Of a stretch of 64,000 nt of DNA, positions 16,889-27,302 are shown piece after piece (the first letter of the stretch is position 1; each line of letters starts with the position of its first letter). This stretch comes from Myxococcales bacterium (GTDB taxonomy: Bacteria; Myxococcota_A; Polyangia; Polyangiales; DASUME01): positions 5,440,001 through 5,504,000 of the forward strand of contig JASGJH010000001.1 of the NCBI GenBank assembly GCA_047601445.1, given 5' to 3'. Made by a program: the position numbers and the translations under genes. The notes under the pieces are model-generated. The model made no database searches and had not been told where the DNA came from. It saw only the letters and a program-made list of their open reading frames with translations.

Positions 16889-19399
16889 ATGCGTTCGCGC
16901 TGGTGGCTGTGCTTGGTGTTGTGTGGAACTGCGTGTGGAGAACGCACCGTCGTCCTGGTGCCACAAGAGGGCGAGGTGGGCTGTGATGCCTGCGTGCCCG
17001 CTCAGGACTCGGGCACGAACCGGCCAGATTTCCCCGAATTCTTGAGCCAGGGCAGCTGGGCCTCGGACCAACCGGGTTGCACGCACGGGGGCAGCGTCTT
17101 GCAGTCGGGCTACGACCGCGACGGCGACAAGCTGCTCGACCCCGACGAGGTGATGGCGACGTCGAGCGTCTGTGCGGAGCTCACCCCATGCGTGGTCGAG
17201 GAGAGCGCGACCCAGGTGACCGTCACCTGCCCGAATCAACCGGCCGTGGTGGTGGATCGACCGGAACCCGGCATGCCCGGGGTGATGACTCAGGTGAAAC
17301 CGGCGGGTAACGAGTGCCCGAACGGAGGCTTCCGTGTCGAGACCGGACATGACGCCGACGGCGACCAAGCCCTGACCGGTGGAGAGGTCGAAGGCCTGAG
17401 CTGGGCATGCGCTCCCTATTGTGGCGACGGGACCACGGATCCCGGCCTGGGCGAGGGCTGCGACGACGGAAACTCCGACGACCAAGACGGCTGCGCCGCC
17501 TGCCACGTCATCCCCGACTGCGCCTGGCCCGACCCCGACGAGGGCTGCCCGGCCTTCGAGTTCGCGGTCACCTCGGCCGCGCCGATCTCCGGACCAACTC
17601 AAGGCGGAACGCAGATCACCCTATCCGGCGCTTTCCCCAGCGTGACCACGGCAGCCAACGTAGAGGTCGTACGCAGCGGCAGCACCACGCCCCTCACGGT
17701 GGTCGATGCCTCGAGCAGCCGCATCCGCTTCCTGACACCCGCGGGCAGCGGTCTCACCAACTTCCAGCTTCGCATCGCGGGCAAGCTCGTGGAGTTTCAG
17801 CGCTACGTGCAGAACTCGGACGGACGCACGGAGGTGGCGCTGGAGAACGAACTGGCCTTTGCCTACGACGCACCGGTGATCAACAAACTGACTGGCTGCG
17901 AGGACCATCCACCGGCGACCACCCACTGCCCCGACGCGGGCGGCACCACGATCACCATCGATGGCCACAACTTCGGCAGCCAGGCGAGCGACATCAGCGT
18001 GATGCTCTCGCAGGAGAACCTCGGCGACGTGCCCTGCACCCAGGTGGCGCTGGTCGAGCCGCACACCAAGATCTCGTGCACGCTGCCCGCCTACACTCGC
18101 TACGAGCCCAGCTTCGACGTGAAGGTCCAGGTGGCTTCGCGAACCAGCGAGCCCGCGCCCCTGCTCGCCTACGCGGGTATCGCGGTGGTGCCCGGTACGC
18201 TGCACCTCGAGGGTGCGGAGCCGACGAGTCCGCTACTGCTGTCCGACGTGACGGGCGTGTACGACCTGGTGTTCGACGTGAGCGGGCTCTCGAACGCACA
18301 GAGCGCGCTGGTGCGCGTGGGGTCGTTCCCCTGCACCGGAGTTGGCTTGGTGCATCATGACGGCTCGGACCTCACCACGGTGTCCTGCAGTGTGGGCCCG
18401 GCCGCGGGCGCCGACTTGCCCATCGTAGTGCGCGACGGCGATCGCTACTCCCCTCCGAGCGAGGATCGCATCAACTATCCCGCGCCCAAGATCATCGCGG
18501 GCACCATCCGCGGAGCGCTCGCGGACGACCTCGGTGAGACCAGCTTCAGCGCGCAGGCTTCGCAGGGCGACCGGGTGTTCTTCGATGTCGAGAACGTGTT
18601 CGACAAGGCGGTGACTCCCCCGCTGTTCAGCGCGCACGTGGGCCCCTACGCCTGCGATCGCTTCGTGATCCACGATGGCAGCCCGGCCACCGCCGAGTGC
18701 CAGCTTCCGCTCGGTTGGGGCGGCCCCTATCACATCACCGTGAGCTCGCGCGGTCAGGACAGCGAGCCTGGCACGGACAGCGTGAGCTTCCCCGACACGC
18801 CCACCATCGTGGCCCTCGCGGGCTGCCCAGGAGGCACCGCGTCCGCCACTGGCGGCTGCTCCACCGAGGGCGGCATGGAGCTCAGCGTTACCGTCGATCA
18901 CCTCGATTATCAGCCTGGCGATCCGCTGAGCGTGTGGCTCGGCAGTGCTCCGTGCAGTGAGCCGCGCGTCTCCTTGCCGCTGCCCAACAACGCGGTGCGC
19001 CGGCGCATCTACTGCACTGTGCCTCCCGGCCTCGGCAACGCCGCGGCGCGCGTGATCTGGGGCCTGAAGCAGTCACCTCCGGCGGCGCTCTTCGCCTATG
19101 GGTCACCGACCATCGACTCCCTGAGCGGCTGCACGGACCAGGGCGACACGACGCTGGCCTGCCCGCGCAACGGTGGCGTGAAGCTCACCATCCAGGGTGA
19201 GAACTTCGGCGCTTCGGGTGCCCAGGTGCGTATCGGCGAGCAGAACTGCCTGGGCGTCGCGCACGACGTACTCACACCGCACCGAAAGCTCACGTGCACA
19301 TTGCCGTCAGGGTCGGGCCAGAATGTGCCTGTCTGGGTCGTCAACGGCGGTAGCGGGGGCGAAGCGTTTTACATGAGCTACGCCCCAGCGGGCGGCTGA
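16889..19399 (+). CDS. Cell-surface lipoprotein with a Myxococcus Cys-rich motif and multiple IPT/TIG domains
   Basis: Lipobox (GTAC), CGDG...EGCDDGN...DGC motif, repeated GGT.ITI.G.NFG...C...H.K..CTLP TIG units. Confidence 0.8.
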   Translation: MRSRWWLCLVLCGTACGERTVVLVPQEGEVGCDACVPAQDSGTNRPDFPEFLSQGSWASDQPGCTHGGSVLQSGYDRDGDKLLDPDEVMATSSVCAELTPCVVEESATQVTVTCPNQPAVVVDRPEPGMPGVMTQVKPAGNECPNGGFRVETGHDADGDQALTGGEVEGLSWACAPYCGDGTTDPGLGEGCDDGNSDDQDGCAACHVIPDCAWPDPDEGCPAFEFAVTSAAPISGPTQGGTQITLSGAFPSVTTAANVEVVRSGSTTPLTVVDASSSRIRFLTPAGSGLTNFQLRIAGKLVEFQRYVQNSDGRTEVALENELAFAYDAPVINKLTGCEDHPPATTHCPDAGGTTITIDGHNFGSQASDISVMLSQENLGDVPCTQVALVEPHTKISCTLPAYTRYEPSFDVKVQVASRTSEPAPLLAYAGIAVVPGTLHLEGAEPTSPLLLSDVTGVYDLVFDVSGLSNAQSALVRVGSFPCTGVGLVHHDGSDLTTVSCSVGPAAGADLPIVVRDGDRYSPPSEDRINYPAPKIIAGTIRGALADDLGETSFSAQASQGDRVFFDVENVFDKAVTPPLFSAHVGPYACDRFVIHDGSPATAECQLPLGWGGPYHITVSSRGQDSEPGTDSVSFPDTPTIVALAGCPGGTASATGGCSTEGGMELSVTVDHLDYQPGDPLSVWLGSAPCSEPRVSLPLPNNAVRRRIYCTVPPGLGNAAARVIWGLKQSPPAALFAYGSPTIDSLSGCTDQGDTTLACPRNGGVKLTIQGENFGASGAQVRIGEQNCLGVAHDVLTPHRKLTCTLPSGSGQNVPVWVVNGGSGGEAFYMSYAPAGG

Positions 19400-19538
19400 G
19401 AAGATCGCTGACAAACGTTCGCCGGTCGTGAGCGTGGTGGTGGACATCGACTTTACATCGACTTTGACGGGCGACGGCGTGCGTGGCCGCTCTTGCGGTT
19501 GACGCTCCGAACATTCGACGCTCACGCAGTCGACGAAC

Positions 19539-22500
19539 TCACGAGGAAGAGGCTAGTGCGCGCTCTACACAAGCCAGCAGCTGGGGCGTGTTGTACGGCT
19601 TCTGCAGAAACAACATCCCGGGCTCCTGGGACTGAAACCCTTGCGTGACGATGTCCTTGCTGTGACCACTCGTGAGGATGGTCTTGATCTGGGGTCGCTT
19701 GCTCCGAACGAGCTCGGCGACTTGAAGGCCACTCAGGCCGCCCGGCATCATGACGTCGGTGAGCAAGAGGTCGATGTCGCCGTCGTAGGTCGTCGCGGTC
19801 CGCACCGCCTCGACCCCATCCGCGGCTTGCAGAACCTCGTAGCCCTGGGATTCGAGACTCCTCGCAAGCACCGCACGCACTGCGCCCTCATCCTCGACCA
19901 CGAGTACGGTCCTGCCCTCACCGTGCGGAGCCGGCTCTCGAGCTGCGAGGCTCATGGTCTCGGCTGGAGCCTCGACGAGCGGCAGCAGGACCTTGAAGGT
20001 GGTGCCGCGTCCCAGCGTCGTGTCCACCGTCACCGAGCCACGATGCTGCTTGATGATCCCGTAGACCGTGGAGAGGCCGAGGCCGCTGCCCTGACCCACT
20101 TCCTTGGTGGTGAAAAACGGCTCGAAAACGTGCGGCAAGACGTCCGGCGCGATCCCCGAGCCGGAGTCTGAAAGCGAGAACATCGCCCATCGCCCGGCCG
20201 AGACATCCGCCACGGCAGCCGCCTCGCTATCGTCGAAGTGCGCCACCGAGGTCCGAATCTGCAGGCTGCCCCCGTGTGGCATGGCATCGCGGGCGTTGAC
20301 TGCGAGATTCAGCAGCACCTGCGTGAGCATGTTCGAATCGGCAAACACCACGATCGCCTCGGGGGTCGGATCGAAGCGCAGCGCAATGTCTTCCCCGAGG
20401 ATGGGCGTCAGCATGCGCAATGCCTCGAGAATGGTCTGATTGAGATCGACGTTCTGGGGCTGCATCATGCTGCGGCGTCCGAACGCGAGCAGCTGCGCCG
20501 TGAGTCCCGCCGCTCGCTCGGCCGCGCGCTCAATCTCGTGGACCGGCGCCGAGATCGACGGCGGGAGGTCCCGACGCGCCTCGAGCATGGATGCCTGCGC
20601 GAGCACGACCGTCAGAATGTTGTTGAAGTCGTGGGCGACGCCGCCTGCGAGTTGGCCGATCCCCTCGAGCTTCTGTGCTTGCCGCAGCTCCTCCTCCAGC
20701 TGCTTGTGGCGAGTCATGTCCACGACGGCCTTGGTCACGCGCAGCGGCTTGCCCGAGGCGTCGCGTTCGACACGCCCCTTGATCGAGACCCAGATCCAGT
20801 GGCCGGCCGCGTGGAGCACGCGCAGTTCGAGGTTGAGCTCCTCGCCGTGGAGCAAGAGGTCGGCCAGGACCTCGCGAACGAGAGCCCGGTCCTCGGGATG
20901 CACGATGTCCATGCACATGGCGAGGCCGCCCGCTTCCATCTCCTGCCGCGTCCGACCGAGGAGTTCGAGCAAGGGCTCATCCCAGAGCATGCGATCTTCC
21001 TCGATCTCCCAGACGCTCGTACCGATTCCGCCCGCGCGTAGCGCCGCATGCAAGCGTTCCTCGGACTCGCGCAGGGCCTCTTCGGCGCGCTTGAGCGGGT
21101 CGATGTCGGTGGCGGTGGCGACCGTGTAGAGCAGCTGACCGGAGCTGTCCCAGACAGGCACGGCGCGCGCGGTGACCCAGTGATACTCGCCGGTGCGATC
21201 GCGGATTCTGATCTCGTAAGTGGTCTCCCCTTCCTCACCCTTCAGGATGCGGTCCCACGCACCTCGGACTCGCTCAGCGTCCTCGGGATGCAGCGCCCTC
21301 GCCCACAGCGCAGGGGCCGTGAACGTTTGGTCGCCAGCCGAAGCGCCGGGTGAGAAGTAATCACGCCAGCGCTTGTTGGTGTAGATGTAGCGACCGTCCG
21401 GCGCGATTTGAGAGACGAGGTGTGGGATGGCATCGGCGAGGCTGCGCAGCTGCTCTTCGCTCTCGCGCAGGACGCGCTCCGCCTCCTTGCGGGGGGTGAT
21501 ATCCAGGGCGACCCCTTCCATCATGGGCGGAGTGGTATCGGTTCCCTCGTAGGCTCGTGCCCTGGACGACAGCCACGCGCAGGTCCCGTCGGGTCGTAGA
21601 CAGCGGAACTCGATCTCGTACTCACTGTGGTGATCGAGGGCGTACTGGACGGTCTCCCGAACCCGTTGTTGGTCGTCCGGATGGACGTGCGCCATGGCAC
21701 TCTCGAACGTCAACGGCGACTCGGCCGACAACCCGAACATCGCCCAGCACTCCGCGGACCCCTCGACCTGATTGGTTTGTAGGTTCCAGTGCCAGGTGGC
21801 GAGCTTCGCGCCACGGACTGCAAGGCGGAGGCGCTCCTCGCTGTGGCGAAGGCTCTCCTGGGTCCGTCTTTTCTCGGTCAGGGCCTCGGCGAAGATGACG
21901 ATGCCGCCTACTCCGCCGTCCGGCGTGTGCCAGGGATGAACCTCCCAGCGCAGCCATTCGACGCTTCCGTCGGCGCGCACGAAGGTGTCCTCCTCGGCGC
22001 GCTGGTGGTCCCCCGCGAGGCAGCGTTGGTGGACTTCCTTCCAGCGCTCCGGGAGCTCGGGAAAGACCTCGTAGTGGCTGCGACCCAGGATGGAGGGCGA
22101 CAAGCCATAGTGGCTGCGCCACTGTGCGCTGGCCGCCAAGTACCGCATGTCGGTGTCGAACATCGCGAGCGAGAGCGGGCAATGCTCGATGCAGGCGGCG
22201 ACCTGGCCTCGTTGTCGCGCCAGGGCTTCTTCGGCGGCTCGCTGGTCGGTCACGTCCTCATGGGAGCCCTCCCATCGGAGCAGGCGACCATGCTCGTCCC
22301 GCTCGGCCACCGCCAAGCACAGGATGTGGCGGTAGGAGTCGTCCTTGTGGCGAAGGCGGTACTCGAGCCGCAACAGCGCCGGCTCCTTGGCGAGCTTGGT
22401 CGCCGTGAACGCACTCCGCAGGCGTTCGAGATCCTCCGGATGCACGCGCTGGTGCCACGCCAGCAACCGGTTGGGAAACTCCTGCTCAGAAAAGCCCAGC

Positions 22501-22664
22501 TGGCGCTTCCAGGCCGCGTCGAAGAACGCGTGGTCGTTGCGGACGTCCCACTCCCAGAGTCCGACCCCTCTCGCCTCGATGGCCGCGCGGAACAATCGGA
22601 CTTGTGAGTCGACCCGTTCGGATCTGGTCCATTCCGGTCCTGAATGGCGATGCGCTCTGGGCAT
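19539..22664 (-). CDS. Multi-PAS hybrid sensor histidine kinase/response regulator
   Basis: Five PAS/PAC repeats (HPED/HPDD), H-box GGVAHDFNN, NLAVNARDAM, FFTTKEVGQGSGLGL, C-terminal REC (LLTDVMMP). Start moved to ATG 22664 (RBS ggggg) to avoid overlap with the divergent helicase. Confidence 0.92.
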   Translation of the reverse strand: MPRAHRHSGPEWTRSERVDSQVRLFRAAIEARGVGLWEWDVRNDHAFFDAAWKRQLGFSEQEFPNRLLAWHQRVHPEDLERLRSAFTATKLAKEPALLRLEYRLRHKDDSYRHILCLAVAERDEHGRLLRWEGSHEDVTDQRAAEEALARQRGQVAACIEHCPLSLAMFDTDMRYLAASAQWRSHYGLSPSILGRSHYEVFPELPERWKEVHQRCLAGDHQRAEEDTFVRADGSVEWLRWEVHPWHTPDGGVGGIVIFAEALTEKRRTQESLRHSEERLRLAVRGAKLATWHWNLQTNQVEGSAECWAMFGLSAESPLTFESAMAHVHPDDQQRVRETVQYALDHHSEYEIEFRCLRPDGTCAWLSSRARAYEGTDTTPPMMEGVALDITPRKEAERVLRESEEQLRSLADAIPHLVSQIAPDGRYIYTNKRWRDYFSPGASAGDQTFTAPALWARALHPEDAERVRGAWDRILKGEEGETTYEIRIRDRTGEYHWVTARAVPVWDSSGQLLYTVATATDIDPLKRAEEALRESEERLHAALRAGGIGTSVWEIEEDRMLWDEPLLELLGRTRQEMEAGGLAMCMDIVHPEDRALVREVLADLLLHGEELNLELRVLHAAGHWIWVSIKGRVERDASGKPLRVTKAVVDMTRHKQLEEELRQAQKLEGIGQLAGGVAHDFNNILTVVLAQASMLEARRDLPPSISAPVHEIERAAERAAGLTAQLLAFGRRSMMQPQNVDLNQTILEALRMLTPILGEDIALRFDPTPEAIVVFADSNMLTQVLLNLAVNARDAMPHGGSLQIRTSVAHFDDSEAAAVADVSAGRWAMFSLSDSGSGIAPDVLPHVFEPFFTTKEVGQGSGLGLSTVYGIIKQHRGSVTVDTTLGRGTTFKVLLPLVEAPAETMSLAAREPAPHGEGRTVLVVEDEGAVRAVLARSLESQGYEVLQAADGVEAVRTATTYDGDIDLLLTDVMMPGGLSGLQVAELVRSKRPQIKTILTSGHSKDIVTQGFQSQEPGMLFLQKPYNTPQLLACVERALASSS

Positions 22665-22725
22665 GGCTTTCCCCCAAGTACGCACTCCTCGGCGTATGGC
22701 CTCATCATGAGCTACGCTCCCGCGC

Positions 22726-25062
22726 GTGACGTCGACGCAGCCGGGCAACGCCGAGAGCGCGGTTGGGGTGGGCGATGGCCGCGTGGGAGCGCTGCTCGGT
22801 CCCACCAACACGGGTAAGACCCATCGCGCCATCGAGCGCATGCTCGAGTTCGACACAGGCATGATGGGCCTGCCGCTGAGGCTGCTGGCGCGCGAGGTCT
22901 ACGACCGCGTGAGCGCGCGACTGGGCGAGCAGGCGGTGGCCTTGGTCACCGGCGAAGAAAAGCGCGTGCCGGCCAAGCCGCGTTACTGGATCTGCACCGC
23001 CGAGGCGATGCCCCGCGACTTGAGCGTGGATTTCCTGGCGCTCGACGAGGTGCAGCTGATCGCTCACCCAGAGCGCGGTCACGTATTCACCGATCGCGTG
23101 CTGCACTGGCGCGGTCGCGCCGAGACATGGTTCATGGGCTCCGACACCAGCGAGCGCCTGCTGCGCGGGTTCGTGCCGGGCCTGTTCGTCAACAAGCTGC
23201 CCCGGCTTTCCCAGCTCACGCACCTGGGCAAGAGCAGCTTGCGCACACTGCCCCGCCGCAGCGCAGTGGTGGCCTTCAACTTGCCACAGGTGTACGAGCT
23301 GGCCGATGCGCTGACTGCGCGCCGCGGTGGTGCCGCCGTGGTGCTCGGCGCGCTCTCGCCGCGGGTCCGCAACGCCCAGGTCGCGCTCTACCAGGCCGGC
23401 GAAGTCGACTTCCTGGTGGCCACCGATGCCATTGGCATGGGCCTGAACCTCGACATCGACCACGTGGCGCTGGCAGGACGCACCAAGTTCGACGGCTTCG
23501 AGACCCGCCCGCTGGAGGACGCCGAGCTGGCGCAAATCATCGGGCGGGCCGGCCGCTACTTGCGGGACGGAACGTTCGGCACGCTGGCGCCCGAACCAGA
23601 GCTGCCGCCGGGTTTGGTGAAGCGCCTCGAGTCCCACCACTTCCCTTCCCAGCGTTTCGCCTATCATCGCAACGCCGACTGGGACTTCAGCAGCACCCAG
23701 GCCCTGCTCGTGAGCCTGGCCCTCAAGCCCTCGCAACCGCACCTGGTATCCGCTCCAGACGGCGACGACGTGCTCGTGCTGCGTGTGCTCGCCAAACGAC
23801 CCGAGGTGATGCAGCGCACCCGCACGCGCCGCGGTGTGCAGCTCCTGTGGGACATCTGTCGCATTCCCAACTACGAAAAGCGCATCCCCGAGCACCAGGC
23901 GGAGCGCCTGCTGCCGCTGTTCGTTCAGCTCGCCGATCACGACGAGCTCACGGCCGAGAGCGTGGACCGCGAACTCACGCGGCTGGCACGCTTCGACGGC
24001 GACATCCACCAGCTGATGGATCGCCTGTCCGGCGTGCGCACCTGGAACTACGTGAGCCATCAGGCCGGCTGGGTCGAGGAGGCCCGCGACTTGCGTGAAC
24101 GCACGCGCGAGCTCGAGGACAAGCTGGGCGACCTCTTGCACCAGCGCTTGCGCGAGCGCTTCGTGGGCAAGACCAAGCGTCACCCGCCGCCCCGCGCAGC
24201 CGGCAAGGAGAGCAGCGTAGCCGGGCCCCACAGCCCCTTCGCCAAGCTGATGGACCTGCCTATGTACGCGGCCCAGGGCGACGCCGAACACGACGAGCAG
24301 CGCTGGGTCGAGGAGCTCATCGAGGCGCCGTTCGAGGCCATTCGGATCGACGCCAAGGGGGAGCTCGGGTTCGAGGGTCATCGCATCGCCAAGCTCGAGA
24401 CGGGACCCACGCGCCTGCGTCCCGAGCTCAAGCTGCTCTTGCCGGACTGGGTCAGCGCAGGCACCCGTGCGCGGGTCACACGCCGCCTGGTGGCCCACGT
24501 GCGCGACAGCGTGAGCTTTCTGTTGGAGCCGCTGGCGCTCGACGACTCGGCGAGCCCGGCCTTACGCGGCCTCTTCTACCAACTCGAGCAGGGACTCGGC
24601 AGCGTGCCGGTGGCGAGCGCGCGCGAGCAACTGCGCGTGCTCTCTGCACGAGAGTTCGAGGGCCTGCGTGAGCGCGGTGTGAGCGTGGGCCGCTTCAGCG
24701 TGTTCTCGCTGCCCATGCTGGAGCCGACCCGCCTCGCTCTGCGCTGCGCGCTGGTCACGGCCTCCTTGTTTCGCGACGTGCGCGCCAGCGTGGCCCTGGC
24801 CAGCGAGCACGTGGTCGCCGACCGCATCGACCAGCTCGGCCGCGAGCACTGGTTTGCCCTGGGATTCGTGCAGCTCTCGAGCGTGGCCGTACGCTGTGAC
24901 GCGGTCGAAGAGCTCTCGCTCCGGCTGTCACCGCTCTCGCTGGAGGAGCGCGTGAAGGAGATTCAGTTCGTGCTCAGCTGCAAGCCGGAGCGCGCGCAAG
25001 CCCTGGCTCAGGAGCTCTTTCGCACCCGCAAGCGACGCAAGCGCAAGTCGGTCCCGCGGTAG
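22726..25062 (+). CDS. Suv3/MgpS-like SF2 helicase
   Basis: GPTNTGKT, PLRLLAREVY, DEVQL, VATDAIGMGLNL, QIIGRAGR. Confidence 0.9.
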   Translation: MTSTQPGNAESAVGVGDGRVGALLGPTNTGKTHRAIERMLEFDTGMMGLPLRLLAREVYDRVSARLGEQAVALVTGEEKRVPAKPRYWICTAEAMPRDLSVDFLALDEVQLIAHPERGHVFTDRVLHWRGRAETWFMGSDTSERLLRGFVPGLFVNKLPRLSQLTHLGKSSLRTLPRRSAVVAFNLPQVYELADALTARRGGAAVVLGALSPRVRNAQVALYQAGEVDFLVATDAIGMGLNLDIDHVALAGRTKFDGFETRPLEDAELAQIIGRAGRYLRDGTFGTLAPEPELPPGLVKRLESHHFPSQRFAYHRNADWDFSSTQALLVSLALKPSQPHLVSAPDGDDVLVLRVLAKRPEVMQRTRTRRGVQLLWDICRIPNYEKRIPEHQAERLLPLFVQLADHDELTAESVDRELTRLARFDGDIHQLMDRLSGVRTWNYVSHQAGWVEEARDLRERTRELEDKLGDLLHQRLRERFVGKTKRHPPPRAAGKESSVAGPHSPFAKLMDLPMYAAQGDAEHDEQRWVEELIEAPFEAIRIDAKGELGFEGHRIAKLETGPTRLRPELKLLLPDWVSAGTRARVTRRLVAHVRDSVSFLLEPLALDDSASPALRGLFYQLEQGLGSVPVASAREQLRVLSAREFEGLRERGVSVGRFSVFSLPMLEPTRLALRCALVTASLFRDVRASVALASEHVVADRIDQLGREHWFALGFVQLSSVAVRCDAVEELSLRLSPLSLEERVKEIQFVLSCKPERAQALAQELFRTRKRRKRKSVPR

Positions 25063-26126
25063 CGCCGCCGCGCGACGAAGGCGAGCAACGTGAATCCCCA
25101 CGCCCAGCTGATTCCGCCACCCGTGCGCCCAGGCCGCAGCGTGCAGTCGTCGAAGCAGCTGTCAGGCGCGGGGGCGGCATGATAGGGCTTCTCGTAGTAG
25201 GCGCGCTCGAGACACACCACGTTCGACGCCACGCTCTCGTTCCCCGCGCGGTCGCGCACCACCACGACGGCCGGCATCTTCTCCCCCGGCAAGAGCCCTG
25301 CCGCGGCCAAGTCTACGCTCAAGGTGGTGTCCTGCGTTTCGAACACTGGCAACGAGGACGCGCCGCCCGGCAAGGGTTGCCCCTCATTCAGATAGGACGA
25401 CCCACAGGGCCCGGGATTGGCTAGCCGCACGTCATTGGGGTTGAGATACACCACGAAGTGATGCTCTGAATCCGGCAAGGTCCCTTGCCAGCTCAGCTGG
25501 CCGGTGATTTGCCCGCTCGTCGCGGTCAGACCGGCAGCCGGAGCCGGAGCATCCACATCAACATCGAAGTGAAAGATGCGCGGTTCGCCGAGGCCCGTGT
25601 CGGGCACGCTCCCGATCTCGTTGGGAGTGTCGTTGACGAGCGGCACCACGTACAGGTCCCAGCGCCCGCGGCGATCGCATGCCTGCTGGCCTGGTGAGGC
25701 GAAGAGCTCCGAGGCATGCAGCGTGAATACCTCGCGCACGACGTCGATGTTGCGCTGCGTCCGAGCGATCTTCGTGCAAAGTGTGCCCGTGCTCGTCATC
25801 GCGCGCGCGTCCGGTGTCCAGCAGTCTTGGCCGGGTTGTCCGAGCCAGAGCTCCATGAGCTGCGCGTCGATGGCTGCAGACGTGCGGAGGTAGTTGAAGG
25901 CGAACTTGATCTTGGTGCTATCGGCACCGTCGTCCACTGCCCCCTCGCACTGGAGCTTGCTGATGGTGAGCGGCAGGAGGCTCGGCATCTGCTGCTCTCC
26001 CCCGATGCTCACCTCGACGTTAAGGAGAGGAAAGGAGTAATCCGAAGCCTTCTGGGCCGCCGCGGTAATCGGCACCAGCCACACGCAGACCAGACTACTC
26101 ACGATCGACGCTACGTACTCTCGCAT
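25008..26126 (-). CDS. Secreted protein with an FN3-like region and a MYXO-CTERM-like tail
   Basis: Signal peptide from ATG 26126, RDRAGNES motif, C-terminal C-x-linker-TM-RRR (CTLRPGRTGGGISWAWGFTLLAFVARRR). The 3' end overlaps the helicase by 55 nt. Confidence 0.65.
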   Translation of the reverse strand: MREYVASIVSSLVCVWLVPITAAAQKASDYSFPLLNVEVSIGGEQQMPSLLPLTISKLQCEGAVDDGADSTKIKFAFNYLRTSAAIDAQLMELWLGQPGQDCWTPDARAMTSTGTLCTKIARTQRNIDVVREVFTLHASELFASPGQQACDRRGRWDLYVVPLVNDTPNEIGSVPDTGLGEPRIFHFDVDVDAPAPAAGLTATSGQITGQLSWQGTLPDSEHHFVVYLNPNDVRLANPGPCGSSYLNEGQPLPGGASSLPVFETQDTTLSVDLAAAGLLPGEKMPAVVVVRDRAGNESVASNVVCLERAYYEKPYHAAPAPDSCFDDCTLRPGRTGGGISWAWGFTLLAFVARRRYRGTDLRLRRLRVRKSS

Positions 26127-26225
26127 GCCCCTCGACTCGTACCCGCGCTGCGACGCAGGCGGTGTACTCGCCTGGCGGCGACGCGTCCATGGGCCAGCCC
26201 CTTCAAACACCCCGAGCACCAGCCC

Positions 26226-27284
26226 CTAAGGTCCCGAACATGCGGCTGGCACGGCCTCCCGGAACAGATCGGTGTTGGCTGCGGCCAGCGCCAGCGCGTC
26301 GCAGGTCCATGACGCGGCGGACGGTGCACGGACCCACTCTGCGACGCTGTATTCGGGCGCACAGGCCGGTGGCGCGCCGATGGCGCAGTTCGGGCCCATC
26401 GGATCGCAGCCGAGCACGCTATTCTGGCGCACCGAGCTGAAGCGGCCCAGCAGCACGTCGTGGCTCGCGGCCTTGAAGTGGATATCGAGGTAGTGGTCGC
26501 GGGCGCGCTGCACGAGGTGCATGGCCACCTTGTCGAACCCCTGCACCTGCGCATAGATGGTGAAGCCCGGTGCGCCATCGTGGTCGTCGTCGTTGATTCG
26601 GCAGTCGCTCGCGCTCCCCGCTGCGGGCAGCGCGCTGAGATCGCTCGGACACGTGCAGGGCGCGTTGTTGAGCCAGGGCTTCTCGGCGGTGGTAGTGGGC
26701 AGCGTCTGGCCGGAGGAACAGCCTGCGGGCTGCATGAGGGAGTAACCGAGTCCCACCACGGGTTGGTCCGAATCGAACGTCCGACTCTGCGCGTCGAATT
26801 GCAGCTCGAAGCGATTGGGTGGCGTCTGACTCGCCTCGAACTCTGTGGTCGCCGGGATGGTGGCGAACAGCGACTGACCGAAGTAGTGGCACGGTTGCTC
26901 CCGCATCACGAGCACGCCGCCTTCGGAGCTGAACTCCACCAAGCTCAAGCCGGTGGTCAAGGGCTTGGCCGCCGGGTCGTCGGCCCGGAAGAAGAGCCGC
27001 ATGTAGTAGCGCCCGAGCATGCGCTGCGTGAGCTGCTCGGGCGTCTCCACGTTGCCAGCATCCGTATCGCCCAGTGGGTCGGTGTGTTGGCTGCTCGCGT
27101 CGTCCGAGGCACCCGAGTCACGGGGCGGCTCCGCTGCGGCGTCGGCGTGCGAGCCATCTGGCTGGCTCCCCGCGTCGAGATCACGGAACTGCGGATCGGT
27201 GCAGCTCGCGCACACCAAGCCAGCAGCGAGGCAGCCCCCTGCGCGCAGCCAGTCCCTGCGGCCCCCACGAAACCTGAGCATCAC
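26226..27284 (-). CDS. Hypothetical Cys-containing lipoprotein, possibly Tat-exported
   Basis: GRRDWL twin-arginine-like motif, lipobox CASC, DDDHDGAPG acidic motif. Confidence 0.65.
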   Translation of the reverse strand: MMLRFRGGRRDWLRAGGCLAAGLVCASCTDPQFRDLDAGSQPDGSHADAAAEPPRDSGASDDASSQHTDPLGDTDAGNVETPEQLTQRMLGRYYMRLFFRADDPAAKPLTTGLSLVEFSSEGGVLVMREQPCHYFGQSLFATIPATTEFEASQTPPNRFELQFDAQSRTFDSDQPVVGLGYSLMQPAGCSSGQTLPTTTAEKPWLNNAPCTCPSDLSALPAAGSASDCRINDDDHDGAPGFTIYAQVQGFDKVAMHLVQRARDHYLDIHFKAASHDVLLGRFSSVRQNSVLGCDPMGPNCAIGAPPACAPEYSVAEWVRAPSAASWTCDALALAAANTDLFREAVPAACSGP

Positions 27285-27302
27285 CCCGCTACCTTACACC
27301 AA

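Noticed and set aside
19445..19466. 11-bp tandem repeat acatcgacttt x2 between convergent genes
   Set aside because: Too short and isolated to support a function.
22665..22862. N-terminal extension of the PAS kinase
   Set aside because: Overlaps the divergent helicase's Walker A region; a better start with RBS exists at 22664.
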